This document shows, piece by piece, positions 1 to 11,352 of a DNA stretch of 64,000 nt (positions are counted from its first letter, which is position 1; the number at the start of each line of letters is the position of its first letter). A program made the translations under genes and the position numbers. The DNA lies in contig CAWDXF010000004.1 in NCBI GenBank assembly GCA_963806205.1, positions 25,497 through 89,496 of the forward strand. Reading direction: 5' to 3'. Under the pieces are notes generated by a model, which searched no databases, was not told the origin of the DNA, and saw only the letters and a list, made by a program, of their open reading frames with translations. Source of the stretch: an uncultured Microthrixaceae bacterium (GTDB lineage Bacteria > Actinomycetota > Acidimicrobiia > Acidimicrobiales > VFJN01).

Positions 1-1162
1 GTCGGGCTCCCGCGCCGGCCTCGGCTCCCGAGTGGACGAGCTCATCGCCCTCAACGAGGCCTCCCGCTTCCGCGAGCGGCTGCTGGTGCCCACCACGATG
101 GTGGTGGTGGTCGGCCTGGCCCTGCTCACGGCCGCCGGTGCCGCCGCGCTGGCCGGCCGATGGCGACGGCCGTGGCCTGGGGTGATCCGCTTCGCGGCCC
201 GGGCCGACCTGGCCGTGCTCCCGGCGTCCTACCTGGCCCGCGCCTTCCCGCTCGAGGACCTGGGGATCGGCTTCTACTGGCCCTTCGTGCTCGGCGTGGC
301 CGTGGCGGTGGCCGCGGCCAGCGGCTGGGTGGGTCGCCGCGCGGGCCGCCGCCACCTCGACCTGGTCCTCGTGCTCTGCCTCATGGGCAGCGTGCTCGTG
401 GCGGACGTCGTGACGGGGTCGCGCCTCAGCCTCAGCGCCGCCTTCGGCTACTCGCCGACCGGCAACTCGCGCCTCTACGGCATCAGCAACTACTCCTACG
501 GCCAGCTCTCCGTGGCGGCCTGCCTCCTCGCCGCCCTTCTGGCCGGCAGCCGCCCGGACCGGCGCGGCCGGCTCGGCGCGCTCGGCCTCCTGGCGGCGGT
601 GCTCGTGGTGCTGGGCGTGCCGATCTGGGGGTCCGACGTCGGCGGCATCCTCGCGTTCACGCCGACGATCGGGCTGTTCGCCGCGCTTCTGTTCGGCTGG
701 CGGGTGCGGGCGCGCACGGTCCTCCTCGGCATGGCCGCCACGGCCGTGGCGGTGACGGCGTTCGGCTTCCTCGACCTCGCCCGCCCGCCCGAGGAGCGGG
801 CCCACCTCGGGCGGCTGTTCGAGCGCGTCGGCGACGAGGGCGTCGGACCGCTCCTGTCGATCATGGAGCGCAAGCTGCTCGCCAACCTCGAGGTCTCGAC
901 GTCGTCCTTCTGGGTGGCCGCCATCCCGATCGCGCTCGCGTTCGGGCTGTTCCTCGTGCGGTATCCGGGCCGCCCGGTCGACCGGTTGCGCGGGCAGCTC
1001 CCGACGCTCGGCATCGGGGTGTCGGCGGCCGCCCTCGCCGCAGTCCTCGGCAGCGCGGTGAACGACTCGGGCGCGATCGTCGGCGGCGTGGCCGCGCTGG
1101 TGCTCACCGCGTCGCTCGTGCACCTGAGCCTCGACGTGCACGCCGACGACGCGAGCCCGTGA
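1..1162 (+). CDS. Conserved polytopic membrane protein (5' end probably upstream of the window)
   Basis: ORF 32..1162 with many TM segments and motifs GNSRLYGISN, GSDVGG, NDSG. Confidence 0.7.
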   Translation, partial: SGSRAGLGSRVDELIALNEASRFRERLLVPTTMVVVVGLALLTAAGAAALAGRWRRPWPGVIRFAARADLAVLPASYLARAFPLEDLGIGFYWPFVLGVAVAVAAASGWVGRRAGRRHLDLVLVLCLMGSVLVADVVTGSRLSLSAAFGYSPTGNSRLYGISNYSYGQLSVAACLLAALLAGSRPDRRGRLGALGLLAAVLVVLGVPIWGSDVGGILAFTPTIGLFAALLFGWRVRARTVLLGMAATAVAVTAFGFLDLARPPEERAHLGRLFERVGDEGVGPLLSIMERKLLANLEVSTSSFWVAAIPIALAFGLFLVRYPGRPVDRLRGQLPTLGIGVSAAALAAVLGSAVNDSGAIVGGVAALVLTASLVHLSLDVHADDASP

Positions 1163-1600
1163 CCACCACGGCCCCGACGCGGCGCCACCGCGCCCTTGTG
1201 GTGGTGGCCCTCGCCCTGCTGGTCGTACCGGGTCTGGTGGGCTTCGACGCGTGGCCGCTGACCGCGTGGCGGCTCTTCAGCGCGGACCGCACCGACCACC
1301 AGACGCGCTGGGGGCTGCGGGCCGCGCAACCAGGGGCGGCGCCGATGCCGGTGAGCCTGGAGGAGCTCCCCCTCCGCTACCGCAACGCGGAGTGGCCGCT
1401 GTCCCGGCTCGGCCGGGCGAGGGATGCTCGTCGCGAGGCGGTGTGCCGGGCCCTCCTCGGCGCCGTCCGGGACGAGCGCCCGGAGGTCGCGCGGCTGGAG
1501 ATCGTCCGCGACGCGGCAGCGGATCGTCCGGAGTGACGGCGAGTGGACGACGGTGCCGGTCGCGCTGGAGGTCGTGCACACCTGCGGGAGAGCGCCGTGA
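1159..1600 (+). CDS. Small membrane-anchored protein (frameshifted near 1520)
   Basis: GTG overlaps the upstream TGA; one TM segment then [10 protein letters not shown]; GTGA overlap with the next gene. Confidence 0.55.
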
Positions 1601-2492
1601 CCGGCGTCCCGACGCGCATGCGGGCGCGCCTCGACGACGTGCTGTTCGGGCCCGAGACCGGCGCGCGCCTGCTCGTCGCGCACGTGGGGCTCTCCGCCTG
1701 CTCTTCGTGCGGATCGCGTTCGCCCCGTACCGGCAGCTGGCGGGGCTCGAGGACGCGCTGTTCGACCCCGTGCCGATCTTGGGCTGGCTGCCCGGCATGC
1801 CGTCGGCCACGGTCATCGCCTCGGTGCAGGTGGTCGGTGCGGTCGCCGCGCTCGCGGCAGCGCTCCGCCGTCACCCGCGGGCGGCGTTCGCGGTGGCCTG
1901 GGTCTGCTACCTCGTGCTGGCGGGACTGCGCGGCAGCCGCGGGAAGGTGCTGCACAACGACCTGCTGCTGCTGTGGGCCGCGGTGCCGTTCCTGCTGGCA
2001 CCGGTGGAGGTCCGCCTGTCCGACCGCGTGCCGCGGCGCGAGCACGGCTGGCCGGTGCGATCGGCGATGGCCATCGCCGCCGCTCGTCTACTGCCTCGCC
2101 GGCTACCACAAGCTGCGGCGCTCGGGCCTCGACTGGGCGATCGGCGACAACGTGCGCTGGGTGATGCTCTGGGGCCCCACGATCGGGGAGGCCGCCTGGA
2201 GCTCGATGGCCCGCTGGGTCGCCGACCACGCCTGGGCCTACAAGGCCACCGGGGCGCTGATCCTCACCTTCGAGCTGACGTTCCCGGTGGCGCTGTTCCG
2301 CCGGTCCCTCCAGCCCTGGTACGCCGTCGTGGCCGTCGCCCTGCACGCAGCCACCTATCTGTTCCTCGGCCTCGACTACTGGGCGTGGGGCTGCACTGTC
2401 CTGCTGCTGTTCGTGGACTGGCCCGAGCTCACCGAGCGGGCCCGGCGGCGGTGGGCGGCGCCGTGCGCGGGGTGGGGGTCGAGCCGCGGTAG
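1597..2492 (+). CDS. HTTM-like polytopic membrane protein (frameshifted)
   Basis: Segments in three frames: [48 protein letters not shown]. Confidence 0.55.
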
Positions 2493-2541
2493 GCTGTGCT
2501 CCCGTGGTTGCGTCGATCGATCCGCACACGGAGGTCCCCCG

Positions 2542-4216
2542 GTGACCAAGCACATCTTCGTCACGGGGGGCGTGGCGTCGTCCCTCGGGAAGGGCATCAC
2601 GGCGTCGTCGCTCGGCCGGCTGCTCAAGTCCCGCGGGCTGCGGGTCACGATGCAGAAGCTCGACCCGTACATCAACGTCGACCCCGGCACGATGAACCCG
2701 TTCGAGCACGGCGAGGTGTTCGTCACCGACGACGGGGGCGAGACCGACCTCGACCTCGGCCACTACGAGCGCTTCATCGACGAGAACCTCACCCGCGACT
2801 CGAACGCCACCACCGGCTCGATCTACTCGGCCGTGCTCGCGGCGGAGCGCCGCGGGCGACTACCTCGGCAAGACGGTCCAGGTCATCCCGCACATCACCG
2901 ACGAGATCAAGCGGCGCATCACGCGCCTGGCCGGTGACGAGGTCGACGTCGTGATCACCGAGGTCGGCGGCACGGTCGGCGACATCGAGATCCTCCCGTT
3001 CCTCGAGGCGATCCGGCAGTTCCGCCTCGACGTCGGGCGCGAGCCAGGTCTGCTACGTGCACGTCACGCTGGCGCCGCAGATCGTGGCCGAGCAGAAGAC
3101 CAAGCCCACACAGCACTCCGTCACCGAGCTGCGGGCCCGCGGCATCCAGCCCGACGCCATCGTGGTCCGCAGCGACGAGCCGCTCGCCGAGGGGCTCAAG
3201 CGCAAGATCTCGAACCTCTGCGACGTGCCGATCGACGCCGTCGTCAACGCGGCCGACGCCCGCAACCTCTACGAGATCCCGCTCGTCCTCCACGAGGAGG
3301 GCCTCGACGACGTCGTGTGCCAGATCCTCGGCTTCGAGGACACCGACCCGGACCTGAGCGAGTGGGAGATCCTCGTCGACCGCATCGAGTCGGCCGACCG
3401 GTCCGTCCGCATCGGGATCATCGGCAAGTACGTGAGCCTCCACGACGCCTACCTGTCCGTGGTCGAGGCGCTCAAGCACGGCGGCTTCCGCCACGGCTGC
3501 TCGGTCGACGTCGAGTGGATCCAGGCCGAGGACGTCGAGGGCCTGCTCGCCGAGGGCCGCCTGCACGACCTCGACGGCATCGTGATCCCCGGCGGGTTCG
3601 GCGAGCGCGGCACCGAGGGCAAGATCGCGGCCGCGCAGTACGCCCGCGAGCACGACATCCCCTGCCTCGGCCTGTGCCTCGGCCTGCAGATGATGACGAT
3701 CGACTACGCCCGCAACGTGCTCGGCCTGGCCGGCGCGAACTCGAGCGAGCTCGACCCGTCCACGCCGCACCCGGTGATCGACCTGATGGAGAACGCAGCG
3801 CGGCGTCACCGACATGGGCGGCACGATGCGCCTCGGCGCCTACGTGGCCCAGCTGCTGCCCGGCTCGCAGGTGGCCGAGGCCTACGGCGACGACCGTGGT
3901 GTCCGAGCGGCACCGCCACCGCTACGAGTTCAACCCGCGCGTACCGCGCCCGCTTCGACGACGGGCACTTCGTGTGCTCGGGCTCATCGCCCGACGGGCG
4001 CCTGGTCGAGTTCATCGAGCTGCACGGCCACCCGTACTGGGTCGGCACGCAGGCCCACCCCGAGCTGAAGAGCCGGCCCACCCGTCCGGCGCCGCTGTTC
4101 CGGGAGCTCGATCGCGCGCCGCCCTCGACCGGGCCGAGGGCCGGTCGCCCCACCTCTTCGACCTGGACGACGAGCGGGAGTCGGCGTCGGGGTCGGTCTC
4201 GCTGCCCGGCGCCTAG
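2542..4216 (+). CDS. pyrG: CTP synthase (several apparent sequencing frameshifts)
   Basis: [57 protein letters not shown]; GGAGG RBS. Confidence 0.97.
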
Positions 4217-4767
4217 TGCCCGGGTTCGACGAAGGTCGGCGAGGAGGAGCTGGCGCGCGGGCTCGCGGTTCACGGTGGCGCGGGCGCGACCTTCCGGGCC
4301 CCGGACGGCACCGAGTTCGAGCGCGACATCGTCCACCACCCGGGCGCGGTGGCGGTGCTGCCCGCTGCACGACGACGACACGGTCACGCTGGTCCGCCAG
4401 TTCCGGGCTGCCCTCGGCGAGGACCTCCTCGAGCTGCCGGCCGGCCTACGCGACGTCGCCGGCGAGGACGACGCCACCACGGCGGCGCGCGAGCTCGTCG
4501 GAGGAGACCGGCCTGGCCGCCGCGACGCTCGAGCCCCTGGCCACGTTCCACAACTCCCCGGGCTACTGCGACGAGACCGTCGCGGTGTTCCTGGCCACCG
4601 ACCTCACCGAGGTGGACCACGACCCGCAGGGCGTCGAGGAGCAGGCGATGACGATCGAGCGCATCCCGCTCGACCGACGTGATGGCCGTGGGCCGACGAC
4701 GGGCGCATCACGGACGCCAAGACGCTCGTCGGCGCTGGGCGCACTCGCGCGTCGCCGAGCCGGATGA
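4216..4767 (+). CDS. NUDIX hydrolase, ADP-ribose pyrophosphatase-like (frameshifted)
   Basis: HHPGAVAV, LELPAGLRD..E....AAREL.EETG Nudix box, SPG; usual position between pyrG and xerD. Confidence 0.88.
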   Translation: MPGFDEGRRGGAGARARGSRWRGRDLPGPGRHRVRARHRPPPGRGGGAARCTTTTRSRWSASSGLPSARTSSSCRPAYATSPARTTPPRRRASSSEETGLAAATLEPLATFHNSPGYCDETVAVFLATDLTEVDHDPQGVEEQAMTIERIPLDRRDGRGPTTGASRTPRRSSALGALARRRAG

Positions 4768-5694
4768 GCCTGGTCGACACCCCCCTGGAGGTCGAGGACC
4801 TCCTCATGTGGCTGGCGGCCGAGAAGGGCCGGTCACCCAACACGCTGGCCGCGTACCGGCGCGACCTGCGCCGCTACGTGACCTGGCTCGAGGCGCGAGG
4901 CCGCTCCGTGCTCGACGCGACGGAGGAGGACGTGGTCGACCACGTGGCCGCCCTCCGGGCCGACGGCCTCGCGCCGGCCTCCGTGGCCCGGGGCCTCGTG
5001 GCGGTGCGCTCGCTCCACCGCTTCCTCGTCGAGGAGGGCCGCGCCGCGACGGACCCGGCGGCCGCGGTGGAGCAGCCACGCGTGCCCGCGGGGCCTGCCC
5101 AAGGCGCTGACCGAGGACGAGGTCGGCGAGCTGCTCGCCGCGCCGACGGGCGACGACCCGATCGCCCGCCGGGACCGGGCCATGCTCGAGGTGCTGTACG
5201 GGACCGGGCTGCGGGTGTCGGAGCTGGTCGGCCTGTCGCTCGTCGACGTCGACCTCGACGCCGACCTCCTGCGGGCCTACGGCAAGGGTAGCAAGGAGCG
5301 CATCGTCCCCGTCGGGGGCCACGCCGTCCGGGCGCTCGTGGCGTGGCTCGGCCCCGGGGGCCGCCCCGAGCTGGAGCCGGAGCGCTGGCGCCGCCGCGGC
5401 GACGCCGAGGCCGTCTTCCTCGGAGCCCGGGGCGGCCGGCTCACCCGCCAGGGCGCCTGGGACGTCCTGCGCCGCCACGGGGAGCGGGTCGGGCTGGCCG
5501 GCCGCCTCAGCCCACACGTCCTCCGGCACTCCTGCGCCACCCACATGCTGGACCACGGCGCGGACATCCGGGCCGTCCAGGAGCTCCTGGGCCACGCCTC
5601 GATCCGGACCACCCAGGTGTACACGCTGGTCTCCACCGAGCGGCTGTGGGAGGTCTACAGATCCGCTCACCCACGCGCGACGGCACCCGGGTAG
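4764..5694 (+). CDS. xerD: Tyrosine recombinase XerD (frameshift near 5095)
   Basis: SPNTLAAYRRDL, LYGTGLRVSEL, GKGSKERIVP, HVLRHSCATHML..GADIRAVQELLGHASI.TTQVY. Confidence 0.93.
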
Positions 5695-5703
5695 CCTTCG
5701 GGC

Positions 5704-6033
5704 GTGGCCGAACAGTCCGTGACGTCGAACCTGCGCGAGCGGCTCCAGGCCGAGCGCGACCAGCTGGCGGGCCAGGTGGCGGGCCTCGAGCCCGGCAGCG
5801 GCGCCAGTCCCTCGTTCGACGACAACTTCGCCGACTCCGGCCAGGTCGCCGCCGAACAGGGTGAGAACAAGGTGCTGGCAGCCCGGCTCCGCACCGAGCT
5901 CGACGAGGTCGAGCGGGCCCTGGCCAAGATCGACGACGGCTCCTACGGGAAGTGCGAGGTGTGCGGCGAGACGATCGCCGAGCCGCGCCTCGAGGCCATG
6001 CCGGCCACCCGCTTCTGCATCGCCCACGCGTAG
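5704..6033 (+). CDS. TraR/DksA family zinc-finger protein
   Basis: Coiled coil with DNFADSG, YGKCEVCG..I...RLEAMP...CIAH. Confidence 0.85.
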   Translation: MAEQSVTSNLRERLQAERDQLAGQVAGLEPGSGASPSFDDNFADSGQVAAEQGENKVLAARLRTELDEVERALAKIDDGSYGKCEVCGETIAEPRLEAMPATRFCIAHA

Positions 6034-6040
6034 GACGCCG

Positions 6041-6539
6041 TTGGCGTCGCTCCGCCACCTCGCGCGCCGCTTCCTCGGCTCCCTCCGACCCGGCGGACCC
6101 CCCGCGGCGGACGTGACCTGGGTGGACGACGTGCTGCTGCCGGGGGAGCGCGACCTCTGGCGCTCGCTGCCGGGCCCGGATCGCCGGCACTCCGTGGGCG
6201 TGGCCCGGCGGGTCGACCGCGCGCTGGACGGTGCGCCGCGTCCGGTGCTCGCGGCCGCGCTGCTGCACGACGTCGGCAAGGTGGTGGCGGGCCTGCGCAC
6301 CCCCGGACGCGTCGTGGCCACCCGTGACCGGTGCGGTGCGCGGCCGCGAGCGGGCGGCCGCGGGTGACGGGCGCATCGCGCGCTACCTGCGCCACGACGA
6401 GCTGGGGAGCGCGCTCCTGGAGGCGGCGGGCAGCGACCCGCTGACGGTGGCGTGGGCGCGCGAGCACCACCTGCCGCGCGAGCAGTGGACGCTCCCACCG
6501 GACGCCGCCGACGCCCTCTGCGCCGCCGACGACGACTGA
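6041..6539 (+). CDS. HD-domain protein (frameshifted)
   Basis: DRRHS, AALLHDVGK, YLRHDELG, WAREHH, ends AADDD. Confidence 0.75.
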
Positions 6540-6548
6540 GCTGATGCT

Positions 6549-6658
6549 TGCTCCGGTCGCGGGCGCCTTCGGCGCTGGGCTCGCCTCCGCAAGTGTCTCC
6601 GCTCGGGTCGGCGAAGCCGCCCGGCTCCGACCTGGCTGGGACGCGTGCTCCGGTCGCG
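6549..6658. repeat. Intergenic element with 13-bp direct repeats and GAA-triloop hairpins
   Basis: TGCTCCGGTCGCG at 6549 and 6646; GCGCC-TTC-GGCGC and CGGC-GAA-GCCG lie between them. Confidence 0.5.
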
Positions 6659-6662
6659 AGCC

Positions 6663-7641
6663 TCAGGGCAGCAGTCCGATTGCGCGGTAGCGCGCGCTCG
6701 AGGGTGACGGTCGCGATGGCCCGCGCCTTGTCGGCGCCCCGGGCCATGATCCGGTCGACCTCGGCCGGGTCGGCCGACAGCTCGGCGTAGCGGGCCTGGA
6801 ACGGGCGCAGCGCCTCCACCAGCGCCTCGGCCGTGTCCGCCTTCAGCGGCCCGTACTGCTCGTAGCGCTCGGCCAGCTCTGCCGGGTCGCCACCGGTCAC
6901 GGCGCCGAGGATCTCGAGGAGGTTGGCCACCCCCGGCTTGGTGGCGGGGTCGTAGCGGACCTCGCCGTCGGTGTCGGTGACCGCGCGCTTGACCTTCTTG
7001 GTGATCGTCTCGGGCGGGTCGAGCATGAGCACCGTGCCCTGGGGCGAGTCGACCGACTTCGACATCTTGCGGGTCGGCTCCTGGAGGTCCATCACCCGGG
7101 CCGCCACGGTGGGGATCGCGTGCTCGGGCACCACGAAGGTGTCGCCGTACCGGGAGTTGAAGCGGATGGCGACGTCCCTGGCGAGCTCGAGGTGCTGGCG
7201 CTGATCGTCGCCGACGGGGACGCGGTCGGTGTCGTACAGCAGGATGTCGGCCGCCTGGAGGGCGGGGTACGTGAACAGGCCGGCGGAGACGAACTGGGCC
7301 CGGTCGCCCTTCTCCTTGAACTGGGTCATCCGGCTGAGCTCGCCGTACGACGCGGTGCACTCCATCAGCCAGCTGAGCTGCGCGTGCTCGGCCACGTGGC
7401 TCTGGACGAAGAGGATGCAGACCTCGGGATCGAGACCGGCGGCGGCGAGGGCGATCACGACCTCGCGGGTCTTGGTCCGGAGCTCGGCGGGTTCCTGGGG
7501 CACGGTGAGGGCGTGGAGGTCGACCACGCAGTACATGGCGTCGTACTCGTGCTGATCGTCCACCCAGCGCCGGATCGCCCCGAGGTAGCTCCCGAGGTGG
7601 GGGTCGCCGGTGGGCTGGATGCCGGAGAAGACGCGGGGCAC
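6663..7641 (-). CDS. trpS: Tryptophan--tRNA ligase
   Basis: FSGIQPTG..HLGSY, YPALQAADIL, VPVGDDQRQHLEL, KMSKS; indel near the 3' end. Confidence 0.97.
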
Positions 7642-7691
7642 GGGCGGGGATCGTAGGCGGGGGGCTGCCCGGGGCCGGGAACGGCTTCCGG

Positions 7692-7714
7692 AACCACACC
7701 GGTGTGATTAGCAT
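7692..7714 (+). promoter_or_regulatory. Palindromic McdR-like box abutting the TAGCAT -10 of scpA
   Basis: AACCACACCGGTGTGATT (core CACACCGGTGTG is a perfect palindrome); -10 is 7 nt before the ATG. Confidence 0.6.
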
Positions 7715-7721
7715 TGCCCCG

Positions 7722-8501
7722 ATGGCCTACGAGGTGACCACCCCGGTGTACGAGGGGCCCTTCGACCTCCTGCTCCACCTCATCCTGCGCGAGCAGGTGG
7801 ACCTGTACGAGGTGTCGCTCACCCGCATCGTCGATGCCTACCTCCGCGAGCTCGAGGCGATGGAGCACCTCAACCTCGAGGTGGCGACCGAGTTCCTGCT
7901 GATCGCGGCCACCCTGATCGAGCTCAAGACGCGCCGGCTCCTGCCCGGGCCCGACGACCTCGACCTCGACGAGGAGCTGGGGCTGTGGTCCGAGCGGGAC
8001 CTGCTCCTGACCCGGCTGGTCGAGTGCAAGACGTTCAAGGACGCGGCGATGGCGCTCGAGGGACTGGCCCGGGAGGCCGGCCGGTCCTTCCCGCGGCTCA
8101 CCGGCCCCGACGAGCGGTTCGTGGAGCTCACGCCGGACGTGCTCGCCGGTGTCACGCCGACCGACCTCCGGGCCGCGTTCCTCCGCGCGGTGACCCCGCG
8201 GCTCGTGCCGCGGATCGACCTCGACCACGTCGCCCCCATCCGGGCCAGCGTGAACGACGCGGTGATCGAGCTCCTGGAGGAGCTCCCGCTGGTCGGCACG
8301 ATCAGCTTCCGCGAGCTCACCGGTTCCCTCGTCGACCGCCTGGCCGTGGTGGTCCGCTTCCTCGCCGTCCTCGAGCTCTTCAAGCAGGGCTTCGTCGACC
8401 TGGACCAGCCGCGCTCCTTCGGTGAGATCCGGATCGTGTGGCTCGGGCGCGACCGCTCCGAGCTCGAGGAGCTCACCCCGGTCGACGCGTACGATGGCTG
8501 A
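7722..8501 (+). CDS. scpA: Segregation and condensation protein A
   Basis: YEGPFDLLLHLI, EFLLIAATLIELK, VVRFLAVLELFK. Confidence 0.95.
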   Translation: MAYEVTTPVYEGPFDLLLHLILREQVDLYEVSLTRIVDAYLRELEAMEHLNLEVATEFLLIAATLIELKTRRLLPGPDDLDLDEELGLWSERDLLLTRLVECKTFKDAAMALEGLAREAGRSFPRLTGPDERFVELTPDVLAGVTPTDLRAAFLRAVTPRLVPRIDLDHVAPIRASVNDAVIELLEELPLVGTISFRELTGSLVDRLAVVVRFLAVLELFKQGFVDLDQPRSFGEIRIVWLGRDRSELEELTPVDAYDG

Positions 8502-9145
8502 CCCCACGAACGAGGTCCGCCGCGCCGTCGAGGCGATCCTGATGGTGGCCGAGTCGCCCGTCGAGCCGCAGCTCCTCGCGCAGCTCCTCGAGGTCCCCGT
8601 GGCGCAGGTCGCGCGAGCTCTGCCAGGAGCTGGCCGACGAGTACCAGGTGCAGGACCGCGGGTTCACGCTCGTCGCGGTCGCGGGCGGGTGGCGCTTCCA
8701 GAGCCACGCGGACCTCGCGCCGTACGTGGAGCGCTTCATCCTCGAGGGGCAGTCGGCCCGCCTCTCGGGTGCGGCGCTCGAGACGCTGGCGATCGTGGCC
8801 TACAAGCAGCCCGTGTCACGGGCGCAGGTGGCTGCCATCCGCGGCGTGAACGTCGACGGCGTGATGCGCACGCTCCAGCTCCGCGGCTTCATCGAGGAGG
8901 TGGCCAAGGACCCGGGTCCCGGCCTCGCGGTGCTGTTCGGCACCACCTCGCTGTTCCTCGAGCGGCTCGGGCTCGAGAGCCTCGACGGGCTCCCGTCGCT
9001 CAGCGAGTTCGTGCCCGGCGCGGACATCGTCGAGCACCTCGAGGCGGGCCTGCGTCCCGAGCCGGGGCCCACGCTCGGTGAGCGCCTCGACGAGCTCGAG
9101 TCGACCGAGCCGCTCCCGCTCCCGTCGTTCGACGACGAGGAGTAG
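8494..9145 (+). CDS. scpB: Segregation and condensation protein B (frameshift near 8615)
   Basis: VAGGWRF, LSGAALETLAIVAYKQPVSRAQVAAIRGVN, FGTT..FLERLGL. Confidence 0.95.
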
Positions 9146-9161
9146 CCCGGCCGTGGCCGCG

Positions 9162-9889
9162 ATGCCCGAGGAGGGCGTCCGGCTCCAGAAGGTGCTGGCC
9201 CAGGCCGGCCTGGGGAGCCGGCGCGTGTGCGACGAGCTGGTCGACGCGGCGTCGCGTCCGGGTGAACGGGTCGGTGGCGATCCCGGGCCAGCGGGTCGAT
9301 CCCGAGGTCGACGTGATCGAGGTCGACGGCGCGCAGATCGGGGTCAAGGCAGGGCTGGTGCACCTGCTGCTCAACAAGCCGGCCGGGGTGATCACCACGG
9401 CCTCGGACCCGCAGGGTCGCCCGACGGTGCTCGACCTCGTGCCGGACGAACCCCGCGTCTTCCCGGTGGGACGGCTCGACGCCGACACGGAGGGGCTCCT
9501 GCTGCTCACCAACGACGGCGACCTGGCCCACCGCCTCACCCACCCGTCCTACGGCATCGAGAAGGAGTACCTGGTCGAGGTGGACGGCGAGCCCGCCCGC
9601 GGCGCGCTGCGGCCGGCTGCGCCAGGGGGTGGAGCTCGACGACGGGATCACGGCCCCGGCGAAGGTGGCGGTGCTCGGCGAGCGCCTGCTCCGGATCACC
9701 ATCCACGAGGGCCGCAACCGCCAGGTCCGCCGCATGTGCGAGGCGGTGGGCCACCCGGTGCGCCGGCTGGTGCGCACGCGGATCGGCCCGTTGGCCGAGC
9801 GCGACCTGGCCCCGGGAGCATGGCGGGCGCTCTCGCAGGACGAGGTGCGGGCCCTAGAACGAGCGACCGCCGCGAGGCCTCGCCGGTAG
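9162..9889 (+). CDS. rluB: RluB/RsuA family pseudouridine synthase (frameshifted)
   Basis: RLQKVLAQAG.GSRR, LNKPAGV, VGRLDADTEGLLLLTNDG, EGRNRQVRRM. Confidence 0.9.
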
Positions 9890-9900
9890 TGTCGACCCCC

Positions 9901-10270
9901 GTGCCGTCCGTGCTCCGAGCCCTCCGTGGTGCCACCACCGTCGACGTGGACGTGGAGGAGCACGTCCACGAGCGGATCGTGGAGCTCCTGGAGCAGATGT
10001 GCGAGCGCAACGACATCGACCACGACGACGTGGTCAGCATCCTCTTCACGGCCACCGACGACGTGCACTCGACCTTCCCGGCCCTCGGCGCCCGCAAGGC
10101 GGGCTTCGGGGACGTGCCCCTGATCTGCGCCCGCGAGCTCGACGTGTCCTGGGGCACGCCGCTGTGCCTCCGGGTGATGCTGCACCTCTACACGGAGCGG
10201 GCCCGCGACGAGCTCCACCACATCTACCTCCACGGCGCGGTCGAGCCTCCGCGACGACCTCCCGGAGTAG
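9901..10270 (+). CDS. aroH: AroH-type chorismate mutase
   Basis: RALRGATTV, SILFTATDD...FPA..AR, VPLICAREL, C.RVM, HIYLHGA..LR.DL. Confidence 0.9.
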
Positions 10271-10276
10271 ATCCTC

Positions 10277-11350
10277 GTGCGAGCGCGCCGTGCCGCCGTG
10301 GTCGGCACCGGCTTGATCGGGGGGTCCATCGGCCTCGCCCTGCGCCGGGCCGGCTGGCACGTGACGGGGCACGACGCCGACGAGCGGGCCGCCGGCCACC
10401 GCGCTGGCGATGGGGGCGGTGGACGCGCTCGGGACCGACCCCGACGCGGTCGTCACCTTCGTGGCCACGCCGGTCCGGGTCGGTGGCCGAGGCCGCGCGC
10501 GCCGCGCTCGCCGCCGGCGGCGGGATCGTGACCGACGTCGGGTCAGCGTGAAGCGTCGATCGTCGAGGCGGTGGGCGACCCCCGGTTCCTCGGCGGCCAC
10601 CCGATGGCGGGCTCGGAGCAGGAGGGCGTGGAGGGCGCCGACGCCGACCTGTTCGCCGGCGCGGTGTGGGTCCTCACCCCGACGAACGCCACCGACGACG
10701 CCACCTACACCGAGCTCCACGGCGATCGTGTCCGAGCTCGGCGCGGACGTCGTGGCCCTCGCCCCCGACCAGCACGACGCGCTGGTGGCGGTCGTGTCGC
10801 ACGTGCCCCACCTCACCGCAGCCGCGCTGATGGGGCTGGCCGACGAACGGGCCTCGGAGCACCGCGCCCTGCTGCGCCTCGCCGCGGGTGGCTTCCGCGA
10901 CATGACCCGCATCGCCTCGGGGCACCCCGGCATCTGGCCGGACATCTGCGCGGAGAACCGCGACGCGATCGCCGAGGTCCTCGACGGCCTGATCACCTCG
11001 CTCAGGGACGTGCGGGAGGTCGTGGTGGCCGATGGCGACCGCGGCGCGCTGCTGGCCGTCCTCGAGCAGCGCCCGCGCGGCGCGCGGCCAACCTGCCCAC
11101 CCGTCTGGGACCGGCCGCCAAGGTGTGCGAGGTCCGGGTGCCGGTGCCCGACCGACCCGGGTGTCCTGGCCGAGGTCACGACGCTGGCCGGCACGCTCGA
11201 CGTCAACATCGCCGACCTCGAGATCGCCCACTCCAGCGAGGGCGACGCCGGCGTGCTGATCCTGGTGGTGGAGCAGGGCCGAGGCCGAGCGCCTGCGGGC
11301 CGGGCTGGTGGAGCGCGGCTATCGCCCCGTCGGTGCTCCCCCTGGAGTAG
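10277..11350 (+). CDS. tyrA: Prephenate dehydrogenase with C-terminal ACT domain (frameshifted)
   Basis: VGTGLIGGS, TDVGS, GGHPMAGSE, HDALVAVVSHVPH, AGGFRDMTRIA, VPDRPG. Confidence 0.9.
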
Positions 11351-11352
11351 CC

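Noticed and set aside
4764-5694. Prophage or island integrase
   Set aside because: Sequence and pyrG-NUDIX-xerD synteny indicate housekeeping XerD; no phage genes seen.
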